The translations under genes were made by a program, and so were the position numbers. Of a stretch of DNA of 24,095 nt, positions 1 through 7,695 are shown piece after piece (within the stretch, counting starts at the first letter, position 1; each line of letters starts with the position of its first letter). Under the pieces are notes generated by a model. It searched no databases. It worked only from the letters and a program-made list of their open reading frames with translations, and was not told where the DNA came from. The stretch comes from a virus (Duplodnaviria > Caudoviricetes), in IMG/VR virus record IMGVR_UViG_3300020325_000076, positions 1-24,095 of that record; one strand, 5' to 3'.

Positions 1-279
1 CTAGGTAAAGCAGGTGATGACTTCGAAGAGTTTCTTGCCCTAGACAAACTCAAGGAACAGAAGCGTGAATTAGAGTCCCATATGCGTTTGTTCGGAAGAC
101 CTGGATTGTATGATGATTGGGTGGCTTACCAAGCACAGATGAGGCGGCAGCGTAAGGAAGCCCTGCGTAAGAAGCAGAAGGAAGCTGAAGAGCTTCGGGA
201 AATGCTAACTTGGGCATTCATTGTCATAGTGATGTGGGGCGGTATATGCGGTTTAGCTTATTGGTGGTTCTTTACTTAG
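1..279 (+). CDS. Hypothetical coiled-coil protein with C-terminal membrane anchor (5' partial)
   Basis: Frame is open from base 1 (LGKAGDDFEEFLAL...), so the ATG at 82 is probably internal; charged helical region then hydrophobic WAFIVIVMWGGICGLAYWWFF. Confidence 0.75.
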   Translation, partial: LGKAGDDFEEFLALDKLKEQKRELESHMRLFGRPGLYDDWVAYQAQMRRQRKEALRKKQKEAEELREMLTWAFIVIVMWGGICGLAYWWFFT

Positions 280-447
280 ATGTGGTTTTTAATCTGGTTA
301 CAGTTCATGCATGGCGAGTTTGAGTATTACCACATTGGAACATACGGCTCTGAAGAAAACTGCCAGATCGAACTCAATAAATCCAAAGTCCTGATCACCA
401 ACTCTGCCAGTTCAGTAGAATGTTTTGAGGTCGATAGAAATGGCTAA
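280..447 (+). CDS. Small hypothetical protein (55 aa), hydrophobic N-terminus, two Cys
   Basis: Not in ORF track; translated by hand: MWFLIWLQFMHGEFEYYHIGTYGSEENCQIELNKSKVLITNSASSVECFEVDRNG. ATG directly follows the upstream TAG; end overlaps next start. Confidence 0.7.
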   Translation: MWFLIWLQFMHGEFEYYHIGTYGSEENCQIELNKSKVLITNSASSVECFEVDRNG

Positions 448-682
448 GATCGATAAGTCCAAGATGAAGTGCAACAAGCCTAGGCGTACTTCAGGCGGTT
501 CTAAGAAGTTTGTGGTTAAAGCCTGTAAGGATGGCAAAGAAAAGATTATTCGCTTTGGCGATCCAAATATGAAAATTCGAAAGAGCAATCCCAAAAGGCG
601 TAAGAGTTTTAGAGCAAGACACAAGTGCGACACGGCAAAGGATAAGTTTACCGCACGATACTGGTCTTGCAGAAAGTGGTAA
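440..682 (+). CDS. Small basic Cys-containing phage protein
   Basis: MAKIDKSKMKCNKP...IIRFGDPNM...RRKSFRARHKCD...ARYWSCRKW; GAGG at 427-430 favours ATG 440 over 425. Confidence 0.8.
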   Translation: MAKIDKSKMKCNKPRRTSGGSKKFVVKACKDGKEKIIRFGDPNMKIRKSNPKRRKSFRARHKCDTAKDKFTARYWSCRKW

Positions 683-683
683 G

Positions 684-863
684 ATGGGAAAAGGTCAAAA
701 ACATTATTTTCGTGATGGTACTGAACACACTGGCGGCACACACAAGATGCCCAACGGGGATCTGCATTCAGGCGCAAAGCACGGCAAGACAAGTAAGAAG
801 CTGTTTCACTTTAAAGATTTGAGCGAAACCGCAAAGAAGAAAGCTAAAAAATCTAAAAAATGA
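684..863 (+). CDS. Small His/Lys-rich protein (59 aa) with HKMPNG motif
   Basis: Not in ORF track; MGKGQKHYFRDGTEHTGGTHKMPNGDLHSGAKHGKTSKKLFHFKDLSETAKKKAKKSKK; fills the gap exactly, ATGA overlap with the next ORF. Confidence 0.75.
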   Translation: MGKGQKHYFRDGTEHTGGTHKMPNGDLHSGAKHGKTSKKLFHFKDLSETAKKKAKKSKK

Positions 864-985
864 CGCTAGTGGAACGGGGCTACAAATACATCCTGTACGA
901 TCCCAAAGGCTTCATTCGAATTATCACCAGAAGCAAATCTATAGCTCTGCATATTATGAGGAATGAATATGGCAGCAAGAGTTAA
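860..985 (+). CDS. Very small hypothetical protein (41 aa)
   Basis: MTLVERGYKYILYDPKGFIRIITRSKSIALHIMRNEYGSKS; coupled by ATGA overlap at 860-863. Confidence 0.55.
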   Translation: MTLVERGYKYILYDPKGFIRIITRSKSIALHIMRNEYGSKS

Positions 986-1172
986 AAAGAAATCTTCCCC
1001 TAAAAAGAAAAAGACAGCGAAACGTGATGCCTGTTACGACAAGGTAAAAAACGCCTACACCAAAAACGGGGGAACGTGGCCTTCAGCTTACGGGTCGGGG
1101 GCTTTAGTTAAATGCCGCAAAGTCGGAGCTAAGAATTGGGGAAAGAAAAGTGGCAGCAAGAAAAAAGCCTAA
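969..1172 (+). CDS. Small basic protein with CYxKVK...WPSAYxSGALVKCR motif
   Basis: Lys-rich; GAGGA at 958-962 favours ATG 969; motif recalled from uncharacterised marine virus proteins. Confidence 0.8.
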   Translation: MAARVKKKSSPKKKKTAKRDACYDKVKNAYTKNGGTWPSAYGSGALVKCRKVGAKNWGKKSGSKKKA

Positions 1173-1380
1173 CAGTCTCCATGATTGGTTTAAAAAAAAT
1201 GATGGTACAGGATGGGTAGATTGCAAAACAGGAAAGCCCTGTGGACGCAAATCTCGCAAAAAAAGTAAACGGGGCTATCCTGCCTGTAGACCAACTATGG
1301 CGCAGTGCAAAACTAAAAAGGGAAAAGCTGCCACAAAGAAAAAGACCTCTGCGAAGAGAGTAAGTTGGAAAAAGAAATAA
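1150..1380 (+). CDS. Small basic Cys-rich protein (WVDCKTGKPCGR...YPACRPT motif)
   Basis: GTG start with GGGG upstream; four Cys; very Lys/Arg-rich; TAATG overlap with next gene. Confidence 0.8.
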   Translation: MAARKKPNSLHDWFKKNDGTGWVDCKTGKPCGRKSRKKSKRGYPACRPTMAQCKTKKGKAATKKKTSAKRVSWKKK

Positions 1381-1586
1381 TGGAAACTTTCGTCTTATTA
1401 ATATCAATGTGGGGCAACGATGGGTTGGATTGGGTCTATATGGGTAATCAGTACGTTTACAATACTCCCATGACTGAAATCGAGTGTACCCAAATTGCAG
1501 AAGAAAGTTCTTGGACTAGGTGGGAGAATAACCAATTCTATCGCATTTCCATTGAGTGCGTACCGAATTATAAAAACGGAGCATAA
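1380..1586 (+). CDS. Small hypothetical protein, hydrophobic N-terminus, two Cys
   Basis: METFVLLISMWG...IECTQI...SIECVP; ATG 1380 overlaps the upstream stop. Confidence 0.7.
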   Translation: METFVLLISMWGNDGLDWVYMGNQYVYNTPMTEIECTQIAEESSWTRWENNQFYRISIECVPNYKNGA

Positions 1587-1589
1587 GGG

Positions 1590-1853
1590 ATGGAAGATAG
1601 ATTAGATCGGATTGAGACTAAGGTGGATAAGTTATCTGAAGCAATGGTTGAAATGGTTCGCATGGAAGAGCGTATGGTCACGGCATTTAAGCGGATGGAT
1701 AACATAGTCGAGTACCAGAAAAAGGCAGATGATCGACTAGATGAAATGGAGAGACAAGCCATTGTGCGAGGGCAGAAGATAGCCTTTGCAGAACGTATAT
1801 TCTGGATGATCGCCACAGGCGCAGTAGGTCTGTGTTTCGTATTTTTAAGGTAA
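1590..1853 (+). CDS. Coiled-coil protein with C-terminal transmembrane helix (holin/XhlA-like architecture)
   Basis: Heptad pattern RLDRIETKVDKLSEAM; C-terminal IFWMIATGAVGLCFVFL. Function inferred from architecture only. Confidence 0.65.
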   Translation: MEDRLDRIETKVDKLSEAMVEMVRMEERMVTAFKRMDNIVEYQKKADDRLDEMERQAIVRGQKIAFAERIFWMIATGAVGLCFVFLR

Positions 1854-1857
1854 AGTA

Positions 1858-2241
1858 ATGACTGAGAAAAAATATACTGAAAAGCAAGCTGCTTTTTTAG
1901 AGGCTCTGATGGGTGAAGCCCGTGGTAATATCCGTAAGGCTATGGACTTAGCAGGATACAGTAAGGGAACCAATCAGGGTGAAGTAACGGGGCCGTTGCG
2001 TGAAGAGATTATTGAAAGAGCATCGATGATGTTAGCCATGAATGCGCCAAAGGCTGCACACGGTTTGATCGATGTCCTGAACGATCCAACGGCATTGGGA
2101 GCTAGGAATGCAATCAACGCAGCCCGTGAGGTATTAGACCGCACAGGCTTAATTAAGAAAGAAAAGATTGAGGTCACCAATAACGGTGGCGGTATGTTCA
2201 TTCTTCCCCCAAAAGCCGATGACTTGGAAAAACAAAACTAG
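1858..2241 (+). CDS. terS: Probable terminase small subunit
   Basis: N-terminal TEKQxxFL...A...AGYS helix-turn-helix pattern typical of TerS; directly upstream of TerL. Confidence 0.7.
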   Translation: MTEKKYTEKQAAFLEALMGEARGNIRKAMDLAGYSKGTNQGEVTGPLREEIIERASMMLAMNAPKAAHGLIDVLNDPTALGARNAINAAREVLDRTGLIKKEKIEVTNNGGGMFILPPKADDLEKQN

Positions 2242-4093
2242 AAAAAACGGAACCCAGAGAATACCCTACGGCTACAAGGCCAGTGATGAAGATCCTCTAC
2301 AGTTAATCCCTGATGAAGATTATACCCCACTGATCGAACAAGCCTTAGATCATCTAGATGAAGGGTATAGTGGACGTAAGGTTACGGAGTGGCTCAACGA
2401 TAAACTTGAGCGTACAATCTCCCACCAAGGTCTACGAAATATCTGGGCAGAGCATAGGCCCAAAAGCAAACGCCTGAAAGCTCTGAAGAAAGAGAATAAT
2501 AAGTCTAAGCCTAAGACGAAAGATGCAAAGACAGAAGCTCGACTAAGACGCAAGATAGCCGACAGCAAGCGTATCAAAACCATGATGGAGAATAAGCTTG
2601 CGAAGCACACAGGTGCAGATGTCGAAGCTGAAGAAGAGTTTCAAAGCATTTCCGAAACACTAGACTTCGGAGTTATCACCCAAGAACAACAAGAACGTGA
2701 AGTTGTTTTTCAACCAAATCCAGGCCCTCAGACAGACTTTCTAGCAGCTAGTGAACGTGAGGTTTTATACGGGGGCAGTGCAGGATCGGGGAAATCATAT
2801 GCTCTACTCGCTGACCCAATGCGCTATTTTAATAATAGTAACTTTAGCGGTCTTATACTTAGACGTACAAATGACGAACTACGGGAACTAATCTGGAAGT
2901 CTCAAGAGCTTTACCCAAAGATTTATCCTGAAGCAAAGTGGCAAGAAAAGAAAAGTCAGTGGGTCTTTCCTAGCGGTGGTAAATTATGGATGACCTACCT
3001 TGAACGGGATGAGGATGTACTTCGATACCAAGGTTTGTCTTTCAGCTACATAGCCTTTGACGAACTTACCCAGTACGCAACGCCCTTTGCTTGGAACTAT
3101 ATGCGCTCTCGTTTGCGTTCTACAGATCCAACCCTGCCACTATTCCAACGGGCTACGACAAACCCAGGTGGTAGAGGACATGGATGGGTCAAGAAGATGT
3201 TCGTAGATCCTGCCCCAGGGAATATAAAGTTTGCAGCAACGGACATCGATACAGGGAATACACTCACATTTCCCGAAGGACATGAAAAAGAAGGACAGCC
3301 GTTGTTCTACCGCAGGTTCATACCTGCAACTTTGAAAGATAACCCCTACCTGATGAAGGACGGGCAGTACGAAGCCAACCTTTTAGCACTTCCAGAAATG
3401 CAAAGGCGGCAATTACTAGAGGGAGATTGGGCTGTAGCGGATGGCGCAGCGTTCCCAGAGTTTAAACAATCAGTCCATGTCTGCGAACCGTTTGATATTC
3501 CCCCCGATTGGCGCAGATTTAGGAGTTGTGATTATGGGTACTCTTCGTATTCTGCGGTTCACTGGTTCGCTATTGATCCAAGCTACGAGACTTTATACGT
3601 CTATCGTGAACTTTATCTCTCGAAACACACTGGTAAAGACCTTGCTCAAGCGGTTCTCGAAGCGGAACAAGGGGAAAGCATTCAATACGGCATACTGGAC
3701 AGTTCGTGTTGGCATAATCGTGGGCAGATTGGCCCGTCTATTGCGGAAGAAATGATTAGCATAGGATGCAGATGGCGTCCAAGTGACCGTTCTGCAGGTG
3801 CAAGAGTAGCAGGAAAGAACAGATTTCACGAAGTTTTAAAGGTAGACCCTGTAACAGAAACCGCAGGTATTATTTTCTTCAACACCTGCCGACAGATTAT
3901 AGCAGATTTACCCGTAATTCCATCAGATCCAAAGGGTTCAGACGATATAGACCCAAGACACGCCTCAGACCACACATACGATAGCGTTAGATATGGAATT
4001 ATGAGCCGCCCGAAAGCCTTTTCACCCTTCGATATGGGTCAAGGCGTTCCAATACAGCGGTACACCCCCTCAGATACAAGATTTGGATACTAA
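2219..4093 (+). CDS. terL: Terminase large subunit with N-terminal extension
   Basis: Walker A GGSAGSGKS, Walker B YIAFDE, ATTNPGG coupling motif, nuclease motifs SCDYGY and DHTYDSVRY; first in-frame ATG at 2219. Confidence 0.95.
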   Translation: MTWKNKTRKNGTQRIPYGYKASDEDPLQLIPDEDYTPLIEQALDHLDEGYSGRKVTEWLNDKLERTISHQGLRNIWAEHRPKSKRLKALKKENNKSKPKTKDAKTEARLRRKIADSKRIKTMMENKLAKHTGADVEAEEEFQSISETLDFGVITQEQQEREVVFQPNPGPQTDFLAASEREVLYGGSAGSGKSYALLADPMRYFNNSNFSGLILRRTNDELRELIWKSQELYPKIYPEAKWQEKKSQWVFPSGGKLWMTYLERDEDVLRYQGLSFSYIAFDELTQYATPFAWNYMRSRLRSTDPTLPLFQRATTNPGGRGHGWVKKMFVDPAPGNIKFAATDIDTGNTLTFPEGHEKEGQPLFYRRFIPATLKDNPYLMKDGQYEANLLALPEMQRRQLLEGDWAVADGAAFPEFKQSVHVCEPFDIPPDWRRFRSCDYGYSSYSAVHWFAIDPSYETLYVYRELYLSKHTGKDLAQAVLEAEQGESIQYGILDSSCWHNRGQIGPSIAEEMISIGCRWRPSDRSAGARVAGKNRFHEVLKVDPVTETAGIIFFNTCRQIIADLPVIPSDPKGSDDIDPRHASDHTYDSVRYGIMSRPKAFSPFDMGQGVPIQRYTPSDTRFGY

Positions 4094-4096
4094 AAT

Positions 4097-6232
4097 ATGG
4101 CATTAATGGATAAACCTACTGGCCCTGCACCCGAAGATCAGACTGAATTATCAGATGTAGTCTCTCTTGAAGAAGATGGTGACGTTGAAGAGGAAAATAT
4201 TCAGTTTTCTGAGTTAGCATCCTTCATCGAAAGCCAGTTTAGACGCTCAAAAGACCAAAGATTGTCGGATGAAGAGCGTTGGCTGATGTCTTACCGTAAC
4301 TACAGGGGTATATACGGCCCCGAAGTGCAATTTACCGACACGGAAAAGAGCCAAGCTTTCGTTAAGATCACTAAAACCAAGGTTTTGGCTGCATATGCAC
4401 AGGTTGTAGACGTATTATTTGCAGGATCTAAGTTCCCGATAGGTATTGAAGCCCGAAGAGATCCAAATAACGTGGCACAAGCGGTAAATTATGATCCAAA
4501 TGCCATCACAGAGGACAAAATAAAGGAAAAAATAGGGGTTTCGTATAAGCCTAAACGGGCCATAGCTAGACCTAATTTAGACCGTGATTTAGGGCCATTT
4601 AAGGACGCTTTGGCTCCTGTGCATGATGAATTAGAACTAGGCGAGGGTAAAACCACCAGTTCTATTACATATGAACCTGCAAAACGTGCTGCAGACCGCA
4701 TGGAACGTAAGATGCACGATCAGTTGGACGAAACAAACGCATCCAAACACCTTCGATCTGTAGCATTTGAGACTTGCCTCTTTGGTACAGGTGTTCTTAA
4801 AGGGCCATTTGCTTTCGACAAGGAATATCCAAATTGGGATGAGGAAGGGAACTATGATCCTCTTTTCGAAACGATTCCAAAAGTAGAATACGTTTCTATC
4901 TGGGATTTATATCCTGATCCAGATGCTCGAAATATGTCTGAAGCTGAATATACAATTCAGAGACACAGACTTAATCGATCTCAAATGAGGTCTTTGAAAA
5001 AACGTCCACACTTTCGTGATGAAAGCATAGAACTGGCAATTGATTACGGCCCCGAATATCAGAGAGAATATTGGGAAGATGCGTTAGATGAAACCAACAA
5101 CTCTGAAAGCCCTGATCGATACGAAGTATTAGAGTACTGGGGAGTTATGGATGCTGACCTTGCAGAGCAAGCTGATCTAGAATTACCTGATGAAGTCTCA
5201 GACCGTGATCAAGTTCAAGTCAATGTTTGGATTTGTAATGGACAAATACTACGCCTAGTAATCAATCCGTTTACTCCAACACGCATTCCATACACTGCAG
5301 TTCCCTACGAGTTAAACCCATATGGTTTCTTCGGTATTGGTGTTGCTGAAAACATGGAAGACACGCAACTGTTGATGAACGGCTTTATGAGGATGGCTGT
5401 AGATAACGGTGCGCTCTCTGGTAACTTACTTATAGAGATCGATGAAACTAACTTAGTTCCAGGCCAAGACCTATCTGTATACCCAGGCAAAGTCTTCCGC
5501 AGACAGGCAGGTGCTCCAGGCCAATCTATCTTTGGAACCAAGTTCCCCAACGTATCTAACGAACTTCTAATGATGTTCGACAAAGCCCGTCAGCTATCAG
5601 ATGAGTCTACAGGCATACCTTCATACAGCCACGGTGTAGGCGGTGTTATGGGTGTAGGACGTACTGCTTCAGGTATGTCAATGTTGATGGGCGCTGCAGC
5701 GCAAAACATCAAGGCGGTGGTGCGAAACATTGATGACTATCTATTATCACCACTAGGTAAAGCTTTGTTTGCTTTCAACATGCAGTTCAACTTTGATCAG
5801 GAATATACTCAGGGTGATTTGGATGTAAAAGCCCGTGGCACGGAAAGCTTAATGCGTAACGAGATCCGTAGCCAACGCTTACTACAGTTTATGCAAATGA
5901 CTGCTAATCAACAGATGGCTCCATTTGTTAAGTATGACTTCATCCTTCGAGAGCTTGCCGCTTCAATGGATCTGGATGAAGACAAAATTCTTAACGATCC
6001 ACGGGAAGCCATACTTCAGGCTAAGATGATGGCAGAGATACAGGCTATGATGCCACAACAGCCACCACAAGCACCTGCACAGGGTGTACCTTCACCTGAA
6101 GATCCAACAGGCACAGGGGGCGGTAATATAGCTCCAGGCAATGCACCAGAGCCAACAGCCGAAGGTTTTACAGGATCGGGTGGTGGAGCAAACGGGGGGA
6201 ACCAACCACAACAGCAAGGCCCCGTTAATTAA
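4097..6232 (+). CDS. Portal (head-tail connector) protein
   Basis: 711 aa directly after TerL; portal-like segments (FGTGVLKGP, YPDPDA, PYGFFGIGV, ESTGIP); P/Q/G-rich C-tail. Confidence 0.9.
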   Translation: MALMDKPTGPAPEDQTELSDVVSLEEDGDVEEENIQFSELASFIESQFRRSKDQRLSDEERWLMSYRNYRGIYGPEVQFTDTEKSQAFVKITKTKVLAAYAQVVDVLFAGSKFPIGIEARRDPNNVAQAVNYDPNAITEDKIKEKIGVSYKPKRAIARPNLDRDLGPFKDALAPVHDELELGEGKTTSSITYEPAKRAADRMERKMHDQLDETNASKHLRSVAFETCLFGTGVLKGPFAFDKEYPNWDEEGNYDPLFETIPKVEYVSIWDLYPDPDARNMSEAEYTIQRHRLNRSQMRSLKKRPHFRDESIELAIDYGPEYQREYWEDALDETNNSESPDRYEVLEYWGVMDADLAEQADLELPDEVSDRDQVQVNVWICNGQILRLVINPFTPTRIPYTAVPYELNPYGFFGIGVAENMEDTQLLMNGFMRMAVDNGALSGNLLIEIDETNLVPGQDLSVYPGKVFRRQAGAPGQSIFGTKFPNVSNELLMMFDKARQLSDESTGIPSYSHGVGGVMGVGRTASGMSMLMGAAAQNIKAVVRNIDDYLLSPLGKALFAFNMQFNFDQEYTQGDLDVKARGTESLMRNEIRSQRLLQFMQMTANQQMAPFVKYDFILRELAASMDLDEDKILNDPREAILQAKMMAEIQAMMPQQPPQAPAQGVPSPEDPTGTGGGNIAPGNAPEPTAEGFTGSGGGANGGNQPQQQGPVN

Positions 6233-6447
6233 TGGATAAAGAAACATATCGCAGCTTACTGCCACTCGTTAACGACAAAGACACGATGGATAAGCTGAAT
6301 GAATACGCAGAGAGCCGTATTAGTTATTTCCATCACCTTTTAGAATTACAAAAAGACACAAGTCGTATTTTGGAAATACAAGGTGCAATCGCTGAGTTGC
6401 GTAGAATTAAGACCCTAAGAAGTGAAGTAATCAAAGGTTCAGAATAG
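6232..6447 (+). CDS. Small head-module hypothetical protein
   Basis: 71 aa, coupled to the portal stop; IQGAIAELRRI helix typical of small post-portal genes. Confidence 0.75.
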   Translation: MDKETYRSLLPLVNDKDTMDKLNEYAESRISYFHHLLELQKDTSRILEIQGAIAELRRIKTLRSEVIKGSE

Positions 6448-7652
6448 TGGATAGTAGCCCCCGTCCAAAGACACGGCCTATCACAGAACTTCCTTACTCC
6501 GACATCGAAAAAATAGAAAAGATCGTATGGGCTGAAGCCCGTGGAGAAAGCTTGGAAGGTCGTGATGCGGTTCGAGGTGTCATCTTAAACAGATTAGCCT
6601 CTGATAGGTTTCCCGACACAGTAGAAGAGGTTCTTAGTTCAAGTGAGTTTGAGCCTATTGAAACCTATGGCTCTCTGTCCGACATTCCTGCACCAAAAGA
6701 AGATTTAGAGAGCCAAGTACAAGAGTTTGTAGATTACATTCAACTAGGTGAAGATGCTGTCGAGGGAAGAACATTCTTTCAAAACACTTCGACAACTGAA
6801 GGCAGAGGCACAGACTTCACTGGCCCAGATGCAATTACCATAGGCAATCACACATTTACCCGTGGGTATGAAGGACAAGAGCCTGTTCTAGATACTCGTT
6901 TTTCTCACAACATACAGATCACCTACCCCGAAGTCGCAGAAGCAAATTTTTTTTCATCTTCTGAAATGGCTCTGGGGGGATTGATGGTAGGTCGCAAAGG
7001 TATTGATACAAAAGAAGGTTATGAAATGGCTGATAAAAAGTTTCAACTAGATGAAGACAAAGCAGACTTGGATAATGATGGAGAACTTTCATCCTACGAG
7101 AAAGCCCGTGGGGAAGCTGTCCAGAAAGCTATGGCTGATGATCCAGAGGCTGATGAAAAACCAAAGATGTATCATGGTGGTATGCCATGCGACTGCGGCG
7201 GTGACTGCGATGGAGACTGTATGGATGGCATGATGGGGCCAGTAGATCCTGTCTCAGGCAATCCTATCCCAGTTGGGTCTAATGCTAATGAAGTTAGGGA
7301 TGACATCGAAGTGATGCTGTCTCAGGGAGAATACGTTTTACCTGCAGATGTAGTGAAGTGGCACGGCCTCAAGCACATTATGAGTATGCAGGAAGAAGCG
7401 AAAATGGGTCTGATGGCTATGGATGCAATGGGTTTAATTGCTGAAGTAGATATGTCGGAACCAGAAGAGAGCGATTCCGAAGAAGAAACAATGGAAACGC
7501 CAGAGGGCAACGAGGTGGAAATGGCTTCAGTGGAAGTTTCTGAAGAGGAACCAGAAGTCAATGAAACAGAAGAGTATCAGGAAAGTGATTACTCAACCAA
7601 GACTTCTATGTACGGCATGGTGAAGAAACCAAAGGTTGCTTTCATCGTGTAA
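6447..7652 (+). CDS. Multidomain protein: SleB-like (Hydrolase_2) cell-wall hydrolase fused to an acidic head-module protein
   Basis: AEARGE, VILNR, FPDTV and IGNHTF match SleB/CwlJ motifs; C-half has an EF-hand-like DLDNDGELSSYE, a Cys cluster and DDIEVMLSQGEYVLPADVV. Confidence 0.8.
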   Translation: MDSSPRPKTRPITELPYSDIEKIEKIVWAEARGESLEGRDAVRGVILNRLASDRFPDTVEEVLSSSEFEPIETYGSLSDIPAPKEDLESQVQEFVDYIQLGEDAVEGRTFFQNTSTTEGRGTDFTGPDAITIGNHTFTRGYEGQEPVLDTRFSHNIQITYPEVAEANFFSSSEMALGGLMVGRKGIDTKEGYEMADKKFQLDEDKADLDNDGELSSYEKARGEAVQKAMADDPEADEKPKMYHGGMPCDCGGDCDGDCMDGMMGPVDPVSGNPIPVGSNANEVRDDIEVMLSQGEYVLPADVVKWHGLKHIMSMQEEAKMGLMAMDAMGLIAEVDMSEPEESDSEEETMETPEGNEVEMASVEVSEEEPEVNETEEYQESDYSTKTSMYGMVKKPKVAFIV

Positions 7653-7659
7653 ATTTTAA

Positions 7660-7685
7660 TGGGCTACCTTCACTAGAAGCCCCCA
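7660..7685 (+). promoter_or_regulatory. Predicted RNA hairpin abutting the scaffold Shine-Dalgarno
   Basis: TGGG-ctac-CTTC-acta-GAAG-cc-CCCA; GAGG SD follows at 7686-7689, ATG at 7696. Confidence 0.6.
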
Positions 7686-7695
7686 GAGGAAAAAC

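Noticed and set aside
2208-2222. Slippery heptamer C CCA AAA near the end of terS, suggesting a TerS-TerL frameshift fusion
   Set aside because: A -1 shift meets TGA within three codons, and terL is in the +1 frame with its own ATG at 2219.
2219-2700. Intein or homing endonuclease in terL
   Set aside because: The extra sequence is N-terminal rather than inserted in a motif, and lacks intein C/S...HN ends and LAGLIDADG, HNH or GIY-YIG signatures.
6040-6232. Pro/Gln/Gly-rich low-complexity tail of the portal as a separate element
   Set aside because: Disordered C-terminal tails are common in podoviral portals, and no nucleotide-level repeat structure was seen.
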